In this document: positions 20,120-30,048 of the stretch, piece by piece
How positions within the stretch are numbered: position 1 is the stretch's first letter
Layout: every line of letters begins with the position of its first letter
DNA from: Planctomycetota bacterium
GTDB taxonomy: Bacteria; Planctomycetota; Phycisphaerae; WQYP01
DNA length: 64,000 bases
Assembly (NCBI GenBank): GCA_021804985.1
Contig: JAJZGD010000001.1
Coordinates: 9,827 to 73,826 of the forward strand
Direction: 5' to 3'
Position numbers and translations under genes: made by a program
Notes under the pieces: model-generated
Databases searched by the model: none
Seen by the model: the letters and a program-made list of their open reading frames with translations, nothing else
Told to the model about the DNA's origin: nothing

Positions 20120-20877
20120 GGCGGCCCCACCGGCTTGAAGAGATTGAGGGGAAATACCGGATTAATCGCGGTGCGCGAAAACCAGTAAGTCACGGCCCCT
20201 TGACGCGTGTGAATTTCAATGGCCGCGAGAAAATCTGAATGGCGATCGAAGAACAGTCTGATTTTTGACACTTTGGCGCGCATGGCTTTGAGCCGTGGTA
20301 TCAGGCTAAAGGCCCAAACGCCACCGGTTGGTGCGGGCGCATAATGCACATCACGGCGTGGTGGTTTGGGCAGCATGCGGTGAGATAATGCGATGCGCCC
20401 CCACCGCGTCAGGGCCTTGGCGTTGGGACTGCTGCCAAGGGTGGCAAAGTAGCCCATGATGTAAGCAATTTTCGCTCCGCTGGCGCCTTTTATGCGCTTC
20501 CAGCCATGGCCGACGCGGCATGCAAAAAGCCGCTTGCCGTCGAGCAGATAGACGGCCGGGGTGGGCCATTGGATCGCATAGCGTACCCGCTGTGACCGCT
20601 CAAGGCAGATGGTTCCGCCACTAGCAAACCCATGGGTTAAAAGCGGGGATTTTTCATAGCAGAAAAAATGGGATTTGAGGCGGTTCCACTTCTGGGCAGC
20701 AAGTATCGCCGCCATTCGCGCGGCGGGATTTAAATGGCTGGCCTTTGCCGCGATTGCCGTTGCTCGTACGGCAAGCATCGGCAGCATAATTGCAAGGACG
20801 ATCGCCACCACTGCCGGGCCTATGCGGCAGAGAAACCGAGTGCAAAAGTTTAATCGCTTAGCCATATCCACCGACAT
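20116..20877 (-). CDS. membrane-anchored hypothetical protein, possibly LolA-like lipid/lipoprotein carrier
   Basis: N-terminal TM/signal anchor; beta-rich C-terminus (IRLFFDRHSDFLAAIEIHTRQGAVTYWFS...NPVFPLNLF) reminiscent of LolA-like proteins; stop overlaps start of the exporter gene (ATGA). Confidence 0.35.
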   Translation of the reverse strand: MSVDMAKRLNFCTRFLCRIGPAVVAIVLAIMLPMLAVRATAIAAKASHLNPAARMAAILAAQKWNRLKSHFFCYEKSPLLTHGFASGGTICLERSQRVRYAIQWPTPAVYLLDGKRLFACRVGHGWKRIKGASGAKIAYIMGYFATLGSSPNAKALTRWGRIALSHRMLPKPPRRDVHYAPAPTGGVWAFSLIPRLKAMRAKVSKIRLFFDRHSDFLAAIEIHTRQGAVTYWFSRTAINPVFPLNLFKPVGPP

Positions 20878-20950
20878 GTTAACGGAAAGTCAACACGTAA
20901 AGCTGCGCCGCGCTGAAATCAGCGATAGTGGTCAGCCGGCGCTGATCGCG

Positions 20951-20956
20951 TATAAT
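20951..20956 (+). promoter_or_regulatory. candidate -10 box (TATAAT) in divergent intergenic region
   Basis: exact TATAAT hexamer read directly 18 bp upstream of the 20974 ATG; no convincing -35. Confidence 0.2.
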
Positions 20957-20973
20957 CATGCCCGGCGTGGTGG

Positions 20974-23900
20974 ATGTATCAGCCCATCATGGGCAAAGTC
21001 GGGATTCGCTGCAGCTTACCCATGCTGCAGAGGGGGGCGGTATCTGCAAAAGGTTTCATTTCCATGCCCATCCGCGTCGCTCTAAATCACGTTACTCGCT
21101 ATAAATATGATCGCTATGTGCGCATGTCGCCGCACGTGGTTCGGCTGCGTCCCGCTCCGCATACCCGCACGCCGATCCTCACTTACCGTTTGAAGGTGGC
21201 GCCGGAAAAGCACTTTATTAATTGGCAACAGGATCCATATTCCAACTATTTGGCGCGGCTTGCCTTCCCGGAACCCGCCACCGAGCTGCGCGTAGAGGTT
21301 GATCTGACCGCCGACATGACGGTGATCAACCCGTTCGATTTTTTCGTTGACGCGGCCGCGGAAAAATATCCTTTTGAATATGACGCCGTGATGAAAAAGG
21401 AACTCCAGGCCTATTTGGAAGTGGGTCCGCCTGGCCCTGAACTTGCCAAGCTGATTGCGGCGCACCAGAGACGTGGTTTACGTTCGATTGATTTTCTGGT
21501 GGATCTGAATCGTGATATTCACCAAAGGCTCAAATATCTTATTCGCATGGAGCCGGGCGTACAGTCCCCGGCGGAAACGCTCCGTATGGGGATGGGATCA
21601 TGCCGCGATTTTGCGTGGCTGCTGGTAAATCTGGCCCGAAATTTGGGACTGGCAGCCCGCTTCGTATCCGGCTATCTGATTCAGTTGGTGGCGGATGTAA
21701 AGCCCTTGGATGGGCCGGCGGGAACTCCGGTAGATTTTACCGACCTGCATGCATGGGCCGAGATATATCTGCCGGGTGCCGGTTGGGTAGGGTTGGATTC
21801 CACGAGCGGCTTATTTACCGGCGAGGGTCATATTCCCCTGGCATGCACGGCGGAGCCGAGTTCAGCATCGCCGGTAAGCGGCATGGTGGATGATTGCAAC
21901 GTCGAATTCAGTTTTGAAATGTCCGTGCGGCGCATCTTTGAAAGCCCGCGTGTAACCAAGCCGTATACGCCCGAACAATGGCAGAAAATCATCGATCTCG
22001 GGCACCGCGTTGATACGGATATTCAGGCGTCGGACATTCGACTGACGGTTGGTGGGGAGCCGACGTTCGTATCGGTGGATGATATGGATGGCGCCGAGTG
22101 GAACACCACGGCCATGGGCCCGCGGAAGCGTCTGCTCGCCGGAAATCTTCTGAAGCGATTGCAGAAGCGCTTTGCGCCGGGGGGCTTTCTGCATCATGGT
22201 CAGGGCAAATGGTATCCGGGCGAATCGTTACCCCGGTGGACATTTGGCTGCTATTGGCGCAAGGATGGGCAGCCCATATGGCAAAACCCGGCACTGATCG
22301 CCGACGAAGATCAAAGTTACCAATACGGCCCGACCCACGCCCGTGAATTTCTGCAAGAGCTTATCAAGCGTTTGGGTGAAGGGGCGCTTTTAGAGCACGC
22401 CCTGCCCGCCTTTGAAGATGTCTGGTATTACCTCTGGAAAGAGCGGCGGCTGCCCGCCAATGTCGATCCATTTGTTAACCATCTGGAAAACCCGGAAGAT
22501 CGGGCACGGCTCGCCAAAGTATTTGAGCAGGGGCTTGATCAGAATGTCGGTTATGCGCTGCCGATTCGCAATCTTGGCAGTGCGGGCAGTGGCTATTGGC
22601 AGACCGGTTCGTGGTTCTTCCGGTCGGAGCGCATGTATCTTATTCCTGGCGATTCGCCCATGGGTTACCGTCTGCCGTTGGATTCTTTGCCATGGGTTCC
22701 CAAGGCTGATTTTCCTTACATATACCATCATGATCCAATGGAAACGCTGCGGCCATTGCCGGCGGCGCGACTGCGGCAGCGGTACGTCAGCGGAGCGCCG
22801 GAGGCAGTTACGCCGCCGGGCATTCGTGAGCAATCGCTCGATGACATCGCGGGGCCCGACGGCACCATGAGCGAAGGTTTGCTCGCGGAATACCGACGCC
22901 TTCTGGCGGAAAATCCTCCCGGAGAGTTTGAAGCCGGCAAACCCGCGCCGTGGATCATCCGCACGGCTTTATGCGTTGAACCGAGACAGGGAATTCTGCG
23001 CATTTTTATGCCGCCGGTGCGCGACACGGAAGATTATCTTGATCTTATCAGTCGCGTGGAGGAAACGGCAGCGTATCTTTCCATGCCAGTCATGTTTGAA
23101 GGTTATCCCCCCCCACCGGATCCCCGGCTCAACGTGCTCAAGGTGACGCCCGACCCCGGCGTCATTGAAGTTAATATTCATCCGGTAACGACATGGGATG
23201 ACGCGGTCAGCGTTACCACGGGTCTTTACCAGGATGCACACGAATCGCGCCTGGGCACGGAAAAATTCATGCTGGATGGCCGGCATTCAGGCACGGGCGG
23301 CGGCAACCACATTGTTGTGGGCGGCAGCACGCCTTCGGATTCGCCATTTCTGCGCCGGCCCGATTTGCTCAAGAGCCTCGTATCGTTTTGGCATAACCAT
23401 CCGTCGTTGTCTTACCTTTTTTCGGGAACGTTTATTGGCCCGACCAGCCAGGCGCCGCGGGTGGATGAAGGCCGGTTTGATAACACCTATGAACTGGAAA
23501 TTGCGCGGGGCGAAATTGGCAAGGCCGGTGCGGAAACGCCGCCTTGGATGGTCGATCGCATTTTCCGAAATTTGCTGGTGGATCTGACGGGCAACACGCA
23601 TCGGGCGGAATTCTGCATCGACAAGCTATACAGCCCCGATTCGGCCGCCGGCCGCATGGGCGTCGTGGAGTTCCGCGGTTTCGAAATGCCGCCCCATGCG
23701 CAAATGTCGCTCACGCAGCAGCTGCTGCTGCGTTCGCTGATCGCGCAGTTCTGGCATGAGCCTTATGAGGCCGGCCTGATACGGTGGAATTCGGAACTTC
23801 ATGACCGGTTTCTGCTTCCGCACTTTACCAACGCCGACTTTCAGGATGTGCTCGCGTCGCTCAAACGCCATCCGCTTGAACCGCAGTGGTTCGCTCCGCA

Positions 23901-24462
23901 CATGGAATTCCGCTTTCCGCAAATTGGCGACGTAACTTTACCGAGCACCGGCGGCGTAAAATTGGAACTGCGGCAGGCGATTGAGCCCTGGAACGTACTG
24001 GGCGAAGAACCGGGTGGTGGCGGAACCGTGCGCTACGTAGACTCGTCGGTTGAACGGGTTGAAATGAAGGTGCAGGGCCTGGTCGATGGGCGACACCGCG
24101 TGGCCTGCAACGGCGTGGAAATTCCGCTGCATGGCACCGGCGTGCGCGGCGAGTTTGTCGCTGGCGTGCGGTATCGCGCATGGCAGCCCGCCACCTGCCT
24201 GCATCCAACCATCGGCATTCATTCACCTCTGATTTTTGATCTGGTGGATACCTGGAACAACCGATCGGTCGGCGGGTGCACTTTTCACAGCGTGCATCCG
24301 GGCGGCCGCTCATTTGCCACCTTTCCTGTCAATAGCTTCGAGGCGGAATCCCGGCGAGCGGCACGATTCTTTAAATTTGGCCACACGCCCGGCCCCATCA
24401 CGCTCGAAGAGCTGGAGCGTTCCAAGGAATTTCCGCTTACGCTGGACCTTCGACGACTTTAG
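20974..24462 (+). CDS. large transglutaminase-like protein with C-terminal DUF2126-type domain
   Basis: Bact_transglu_N-like start (MPIRVALNHVTRYKYDRY, probable true start at 21064), transglutaminase core with Cys/His/Asp (GSCRDFAWLL, DLHAWAEIY, GLD), about 1100 aa architecture characteristic of DUF2126 proteins. Confidence 0.8.
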   Translation: MYQPIMGKVGIRCSLPMLQRGAVSAKGFISMPIRVALNHVTRYKYDRYVRMSPHVVRLRPAPHTRTPILTYRLKVAPEKHFINWQQDPYSNYLARLAFPEPATELRVEVDLTADMTVINPFDFFVDAAAEKYPFEYDAVMKKELQAYLEVGPPGPELAKLIAAHQRRGLRSIDFLVDLNRDIHQRLKYLIRMEPGVQSPAETLRMGMGSCRDFAWLLVNLARNLGLAARFVSGYLIQLVADVKPLDGPAGTPVDFTDLHAWAEIYLPGAGWVGLDSTSGLFTGEGHIPLACTAEPSSASPVSGMVDDCNVEFSFEMSVRRIFESPRVTKPYTPEQWQKIIDLGHRVDTDIQASDIRLTVGGEPTFVSVDDMDGAEWNTTAMGPRKRLLAGNLLKRLQKRFAPGGFLHHGQGKWYPGESLPRWTFGCYWRKDGQPIWQNPALIADEDQSYQYGPTHAREFLQELIKRLGEGALLEHALPAFEDVWYYLWKERRLPANVDPFVNHLENPEDRARLAKVFEQGLDQNVGYALPIRNLGSAGSGYWQTGSWFFRSERMYLIPGDSPMGYRLPLDSLPWVPKADFPYIYHHDPMETLRPLPAARLRQRYVSGAPEAVTPPGIREQSLDDIAGPDGTMSEGLLAEYRRLLAENPPGEFEAGKPAPWIIRTALCVEPRQGILRIFMPPVRDTEDYLDLISRVEETAAYLSMPVMFEGYPPPPDPRLNVLKVTPDPGVIEVNIHPVTTWDDAVSVTTGLYQDAHESRLGTEKFMLDGRHSGTGGGNHIVVGGSTPSDSPFLRRPDLLKSLVSFWHNHPSLSYLFSGTFIGPTSQAPRVDEGRFDNTYELEIARGEIGKAGAETPPWMVDRIFRNLLVDLTGNTHRAEFCIDKLYSPDSAAGRMGVVEFRGFEMPPHAQMSLTQQLLLRSLIAQFWHEPYEAGLIRWNSELHDRFLLPHFTNADFQDVLASLKRHPLEPQWFAPHMEFRFPQIGDVTLPSTGGVKLELRQAIEPWNVLGEEPGGGGTVRYVDSSVERVEMKVQGLVDGRHRVACNGVEIPLHGTGVRGEFVAGVRYRAWQPATCLHPTIGIHSPLIFDLVDTWNNRSVGGCTFHSVHPGGRSFATFPVNSFEAESRRAARFFKFGHTPGPITLEELERSKEFPLTLDLRRL

Positions 24463-24508
24463 GCGCCCTTGTGGCGAACGATGCATTTATGGATGATCAT
24501 GGACGATT

Positions 24509-27073
24509 ATGACGGCCGGCCAAGTCGATATTTCTGCAGCGGACGAAGCCCAGGGGCCCGGGGGGCTGTTTGGTGCCTACCGCACTGACTCGCAGGTGCC
24601 CGATGAGATGATGGACGCAAGGGGCGCCGTGCGGCCGCACTGGCAGATGATCACCAATCTGCTTGATGATCTCGGCCCTACCGAGCTCGAGCGGCGGTGG
24701 GCCACATCCCGCCAGTTAATTCACGACAACGGCGTTACCTACAATGTCTATGGCGATCCCGCCGGTTTGGATCGGCCGTGGGTGCTTGACGCGCTGCCAT
24801 TGGTCTTTTCGGCTTCGGAGTGGGCCACCCTCAGTGAAGGTCTTATCCAGCGTGCGAGGGTACTTGATCTGGCCTTGGCCGATCTTTACGGCCCGCAGAA
24901 ACTTCTGCAGGATTCAGTTATTCCACCGGAAGTGATATTTGCGAATCCGAGCTTCCTGCGCCCGTTGCGTGGTGTGCGGCCCGAAGGCAACCGCTGGCTG
25001 CACATGGCCGCGACGGATGTGGGCCGCAACCGCGACGGCACGCTATGTATTTTGACGGATCGCACGCAGGCGCCATCCGGCGCCGGCTACGCGCTGGAAA
25101 ATCGGATCGTCATCTCGCGCGCCCTGCCGGATATCTTTCGCGATTGCCGCGTCAGCCGACTCGCCACCTTTTTTCGGTCGATGCGGAATCTTTTACAGAT
25201 GATGGCACCGCGTAGTCGGGAAAATCCGCGTATCGTGCTATTAACGCCTGGCCCATACAACGAAACCTATTTTGAACACGCGTATCTCGCCCGCTATCTC
25301 GGGTATACCCTGGTTGAAGGGGCGGACCTTACCGTACGAGATAATCGTGTATATATGAAGATGCTTGGTGGTTTGCAGCAGGTGGATGTGATTTTACGCC
25401 GTCAGGACGACGTATATTGCGATCCATTGGAACTGCTGCCCGATAGCGCGCTGGGGATTCCGGGGCTTGTTCAGGCGGTGCATTCGGGACAGGTCACGGT
25501 GGCCAATGCACTCGGTTCAGGTGTGATGGAATCGCCGGCAATCGAAATGTTTATACCGCGTATCTGTCGGCATTTGCTGGGCGAAGAGTTAAGACTTCCC
25601 GCGGTCCGTTCATACTGGTGCGGCGATCCGGAGGCACTCGGATATGTGCTGGCCAATCTCAGCAGGATACTTATTAAGCCGGCGTTCTACACACCTGGGC
25701 AATTTCCCATACCCACCGAATCATTAACACAGGCGCAGCTCGCCGAGCTCCGCAGCAAAATCATCGCATATCCTTCAGAGTTTGTCGGCGAAGAACAGAT
25801 CCCTCTTTCAACGGCGCCAATTCTGGCTAACGGCCGGGTGGAACCACGACATATCGCCTTTCGCGCTCATATGGTTGCTAACGCCGATACCTACACGGTA
25901 ATGCCCGGCGGCCTGACGCGTTTTTCAATCTCGCCGGATTCGATGATCGTCGCCATGCAGCGCGGCGGCGGATCCAAGGATACGTGGATTCTCTCGGGCG
26001 GCCCGGTTGATCCCTTCAGCTTTCTCACCCCGCCCGGGGCCGCCGTGCGTATTTCCCGCGCCGGTGGCGATCTTTCCAGCCGCGTAGCTGACAATTTATT
26101 CTGGCTGGGCCGGTACGTGGAACGAGCGGAATCGCTGGCGCGTCTGGCACGCGGAATGGTTGCCCGACTGGTGGATCAAAACTTTGAATCCAGCGCGGAG
26201 CTGCCGATTCTGCTTACTGCCCTGATCGCGCAGGCCAATCTCAAGCCCCATGAAATTGCCGATCAAACGCGAGAATCGCTGCTCGCGGCCATTCTGCTGG
26301 ACGCCAAATATACCGATGGCCTGCAATCCACTCTCGGCGCGATTTATCAGTCGGCAAGTTTGGTGCGCGACCGAATGTCCATCGACACATGGCGCATCAT
26401 CAACCGGCTCGATCAAGACTTTACCACTCGGCCGACCACCACGCTGGAGCTTAGCGAACTGCTGGCATCATTGGACAAGCTTATCGTCACGTTTGCCGCG
26501 TTTGGCGGATTGGCGATGGAGTCGATGACGCGCGGCCTTGCATGGCGCTTTCTCGATATGGGCCGCCGCATTGAGCGCGGGCTAAGCATGGCGCAACTCT
26601 GCATTCATGCAATGACACTTCCTCAGCCGCGCGAAGGGTTGATTCTTGAAGCGCTACTGGAAATCGCGGATTCCGCGATCACGTATCGTCGCCGTTACAT
26701 GACGACACTGCAGGTTCCGCTCGTGGCCGATTTGCTTCTGGCCGACGAGACCAATCCGCGTGCCGTAGCTTTTCAGTTGATGCGCATGCAGGAGCATCTC
26801 GGGGCGCTTCCGCGTCTTCATCAGGAAATCCAATTAACGCCTGCGGATCAAATTATTCTTCGGCGACTGACAGAACTTAGGCTCGCGGATTTCAGCCTGC
26901 TTTCGCCGATGGAAGGTGCCCAACGCACCCACCTGCGAAGCATGCTTGAAAATATGACGGCGGACTTATTCAAGCTTTCCGATCTGCTGAGCCAAACCTA
27001 CCTGAGCCATGCGGGGCCCGGACGGCAGCTTGGCTCTCCGATACCGGCGAGTGCCGGCAAGGGAAGCAGTTAA
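24509..27073 (+). CDS. circularly permuted type-2 ATP-grasp amidoligase fused to alpha-E domain
   Basis: N-terminal CP-ATP-grasp pattern (VRPHW...GVTYNVYGD) followed by the helical alpha-E region in one 854-aa ORF; canonical partners of transglutaminase-like genes. Confidence 0.75.
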   Translation: MTAGQVDISAADEAQGPGGLFGAYRTDSQVPDEMMDARGAVRPHWQMITNLLDDLGPTELERRWATSRQLIHDNGVTYNVYGDPAGLDRPWVLDALPLVFSASEWATLSEGLIQRARVLDLALADLYGPQKLLQDSVIPPEVIFANPSFLRPLRGVRPEGNRWLHMAATDVGRNRDGTLCILTDRTQAPSGAGYALENRIVISRALPDIFRDCRVSRLATFFRSMRNLLQMMAPRSRENPRIVLLTPGPYNETYFEHAYLARYLGYTLVEGADLTVRDNRVYMKMLGGLQQVDVILRRQDDVYCDPLELLPDSALGIPGLVQAVHSGQVTVANALGSGVMESPAIEMFIPRICRHLLGEELRLPAVRSYWCGDPEALGYVLANLSRILIKPAFYTPGQFPIPTESLTQAQLAELRSKIIAYPSEFVGEEQIPLSTAPILANGRVEPRHIAFRAHMVANADTYTVMPGGLTRFSISPDSMIVAMQRGGGSKDTWILSGGPVDPFSFLTPPGAAVRISRAGGDLSSRVADNLFWLGRYVERAESLARLARGMVARLVDQNFESSAELPILLTALIAQANLKPHEIADQTRESLLAAILLDAKYTDGLQSTLGAIYQSASLVRDRMSIDTWRIINRLDQDFTTRPTTTLELSELLASLDKLIVTFAAFGGLAMESMTRGLAWRFLDMGRRIERGLSMAQLCIHAMTLPQPREGLILEALLEIADSAITYRRRYMTTLQVPLVADLLLADETNPRAVAFQLMRMQEHLGALPRLHQEIQLTPADQIILRRLTELRLADFSLLSPMEGAQRTHLRSMLENMTADLFKLSDLLSQTYLSHAGPGRQLGSPIPASAGKGSS

Positions 27074-27102
27074 CTTCAGGTAATCTGAGCAGCGAGTATT
27101 CC

Positions 27103-28014
27103 ATGGCCATCTACCGAATTCGGCATCTCACCCGGTACCGGTATCAAGAGCCGGTTACGGTTTGCCACAATATGGCTCATCTGATTCCGCGCGATTCGCC
27201 CCGTCATACCTGGACACAAATTGATCTGGATATTTCGCCGGCGCCATCCCGCGCCACCCGCAACGATTATTTCGGCAATCGGCTTACGGTTTTCTCTATC
27301 GAGGAGCCCCACCGCGAACTTCAAGTCGTTTCCCGCTGCATGGTCGATCTGGCGCCGCCGCGTACGGTGTCGCTTTTTCCCACCAGCCCATGGGAAATGG
27401 TACGTCAATCTCTGGCTGATCAGCCGCGGGGTGAAGTGCTTGCCGCGTCTGAGTTTCGCTTTAGATCTCCGCATGTGGAATGGAATTCTGATATTCAGGA
27501 ATGGGCGGCCATATCCTTTACGCCGCAACGACCCCTTGCGGAAGTGGTTCTGGATCTGTCGCACCGCATCCATACCCAATTTAAATTTGTCGGTGGCGCT
27601 ACGACGGTCGCGACCGAGGTGAGCGAAGTGTTCACGGAAAAAGTGGGCGTATGCCAGGATTTTGCCCATCTGGCGGTGGCATGCATGCGGTCCATGGGGC
27701 TGGCAGCTCGATATGTATCGGGCTATTTGGTAACCGTTCCGCCGCCCGGCAAGCCGCGGCTAATTGGAGCAGACGCATCGCATGCCTGGGTTAGTGTATA
27801 CGTTCCGGAACTTGGCTGGATGGATGTCGATCCCACCAACCATATCTGGCCGCTGGATAAACATATCACAGTGGCCTGGGGTCGCGATTTTTCTGATGTG
27901 TCACCGCTTCGCGGCGTGATTCTTGGCGGCGGCAAGCATGAAGTGATCGTAGCGGTGGATGTCATTCCATTGGACGGCCCGGACGATTCAACCGCGCCCC
28001 CAATTCATAATTGA
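27103..28014 (+). CDS. transglutaminase-like protein (Bact_transglu_N + transglutaminase core)
   Basis: MAIYRIRHLTRYRYQEPV start, catalytic Cys in GVCQDFAHLAV, His in ASHAWVSVYV, Asp in MDVDPTN. Confidence 0.8.
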   Translation: MAIYRIRHLTRYRYQEPVTVCHNMAHLIPRDSPRHTWTQIDLDISPAPSRATRNDYFGNRLTVFSIEEPHRELQVVSRCMVDLAPPRTVSLFPTSPWEMVRQSLADQPRGEVLAASEFRFRSPHVEWNSDIQEWAAISFTPQRPLAEVVLDLSHRIHTQFKFVGGATTVATEVSEVFTEKVGVCQDFAHLAVACMRSMGLAARYVSGYLVTVPPPGKPRLIGADASHAWVSVYVPELGWMDVDPTNHIWPLDKHITVAWGRDFSDVSPLRGVILGGGKHEVIVAVDVIPLDGPDDSTAPPIHN

Positions 28015-28080
28015 AACTCTTGCGTGGCCGCCGGATTCTAAATCACGGCTTGCTTAGCCGCTGCGGATGGAGCGCCGTAT

Positions 28081-28905
28081 TTATTGCGGTTCGGTGTCAG
28101 TTCCATTGTTCCGATCGGCGCTTTTGGGCTCTTTGAGCTGCTGGTCCTGCGGCAGATCCTTGAGGCTCGAGAGGCCGAAGAGTTCAAGGAAGTGCCGCGT
28201 TGTGCCGTAGAGCATGGGTCGTCCAATTTCCTCCGCCCGGCCCACAATTTTTACCAGATTGTATTCCATCAAGGTTCGGATGACCTCGCCGCACGCCACG
28301 CCTCGAATTGCCTCCACGTCCACACGTAAAATCGGCTGTCGATAGGCGATAATCGCGAGCGTCTCCAAGGCGGCGGGTGTCAGGCGCCCTTCATCGCGGG
28401 CACGCGTCAGCCGCTGAATATATTGGGCATATTGCGGCAACGTCAAAAGTTGATAACCGCCTGCTCGTTCTTCAATGCGATAAGCCGCCTGGCGCTGGCC
28501 ATAACTTTCGTTGAGTTGCTGCACCGCGAGCTTAACGGGTTTGGACGAATCCAATCCCAGGGTTTGCGCCAGCTTGCCCGCCGATAAAGGCGCATCGCTG
28601 GAAAATAAGATCGCTTCGAGCACCGGCCGAAGTTCCATGCCTTCAAGTTCAAAGGCGGGCGCAGTCTGCACCGCTGAATCATTGGACGGGGCCAATGTAT
28701 CGGTTTCGTTTGGCGTTAGAGGCGCATCGGCGGCAGCCTCTGAATCATTGGCCTTGGCGGCCATAGCAACATCGGCCGCGGGTATGGCGGGTTCGACGTA
28801 ATCCTGTTTATCAGAAGGTATTTCGCTCATGCGGTGGCCGATCCAAATGATAGTGGTCTTGCAGGCATGCCCGACGCATGACCTGGGAAACCTCTGCTCC
28901 AGCAA
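28081..28905 (-). CDS. scpB: segregation and condensation protein B
   Basis: ScpB winged-helix repeats (LEAILFSSDAPLS...; ALETLAIIAYRQPI...VRGV); probable true start MSEIP near 28830. Confidence 0.8.
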   Translation of the reverse strand: MLEQRFPRSCVGHACKTTIIWIGHRMSEIPSDKQDYVEPAIPAADVAMAAKANDSEAAADAPLTPNETDTLAPSNDSAVQTAPAFELEGMELRPVLEAILFSSDAPLSAGKLAQTLGLDSSKPVKLAVQQLNESYGQRQAAYRIEERAGGYQLLTLPQYAQYIQRLTRARDEGRLTPAALETLAIIAYRQPILRVDVEAIRGVACGEVIRTLMEYNLVKIVGRAEEIGRPMLYGTTRHFLELFGLSSLKDLPQDQQLKEPKSADRNNGTDTEPQ

Positions 28906-29057
28906 TCTATCCCTGACGCGGGAGCGCGTCCAGCCAAGACAAATGAACGATGAATGGCCGTATGGGGCCTATTGTCGGATCGCATGGAAACCCAACGCCT
29001 GTTGGGCGACCGGCGCGGCGTGCATGGCACGCAGGTGTTCCCCATGCGCCGCCCCGC

Positions 29058-30014
29058 CTATCGGCGTGGCCCCTCACCATTTAAAAGAAACTCGACCACA
29101 TCGCGTGCGACCCAGCTCATGGCATCCATGGCTCCCTGCGTTCTCGCGGCCAGATGGGGCGCAAGAAGCACACGATCCATGTTCCAAAGGGGATAATCGG
29201 GTCCGGGCGGTTCCGGGTCATGCACATCCAAAGCGGCGCCGGCGAGCGTGCCCGACGAGATGGCCTGCGCTAAAGCCGCAGCATCCACCACCTCACCGCG
29301 CGCGGTGTTAATCAGTAACGCGTGCGGCTGCATCAGGGCGAGTTTGGTTCGATCAACGAAATGGCGATTTCCCGGCCGATGGCTGACGTGGATGGATAAA
29401 ATATCCGAGCTGCTGAAAAGTTCGTTCACTGATACTGCCGCTGCCGGGAAATCAACGCATTCTGAAACGTCAACGACATCGAAATAAATAATTTTCATGT
29501 GAAATGCCAGGGCAACTCGCGATACCGCCCGGCCGATTCGCCCCATGCCGAGAATGCCCAGCGTTCGGCCGCAAAGTTCCAATCCGCGCGATGTTTTTCG
29601 GTATGCGTGAAAGGCTTCGGGAGAAATGGGCTCGCGCACGCGCACCACAGGGCGCCCGAGAGAAAATATCAGATTAAAGACATACTCGCAGACGGCTTGG
29701 GTGTTGGCTTCGGGGGTTGAAATCACCTTCACGCCGGCTGCGGCGCACGCCGCTTGATCGATATTTTCCAGGCCAACCCCGGCCCGGCCGACAACCCGCA
29801 GGCGTGGTGCCTGTTGAAGCAGGTTCGCCGTAACCTGCGTGTAGGTTCGTACGATCAGGCCATCGGCAAAACGCAGTGCCTCCTGCATCGCAGGGGCGTT
29901 TTCCGGTGAAACTTCCAGCACCTTGGAATTTGATTTCAGCCACGCTAACGGTGCGGCTTCCAGCCCTTCGGTTACCACGATGGTGGGTTGATTCATGCCA
30001 TTAATCCTGCCCAT
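29058..30014 (-). CDS. D-isomer-specific 2-hydroxyacid dehydrogenase family (phosphoglycerate dehydrogenase-like)
   Basis: NAD-binding GxGxxG (ILGMGRIG) and the 2-HADH catalytic region pattern. Confidence 0.75.
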   Translation of the reverse strand: MGRINGMNQPTIVVTEGLEAAPLAWLKSNSKVLEVSPENAPAMQEALRFADGLIVRTYTQVTANLLQQAPRLRVVGRAGVGLENIDQAACAAAGVKVISTPEANTQAVCEYVFNLIFSLGRPVVRVREPISPEAFHAYRKTSRGLELCGRTLGILGMGRIGRAVSRVALAFHMKIIYFDVVDVSECVDFPAAAVSVNELFSSSDILSIHVSHRPGNRHFVDRTKLALMQPHALLINTARGEVVDAAALAQAISSGTLAGAALDVHDPEPPGPDYPLWNMDRVLLAPHLAARTQGAMDAMSWVARDVVEFLLNGEGPRR

Positions 30015-30048
30015 GATTGCCAGAACGCTTAATATGTCGGCGGTATGG

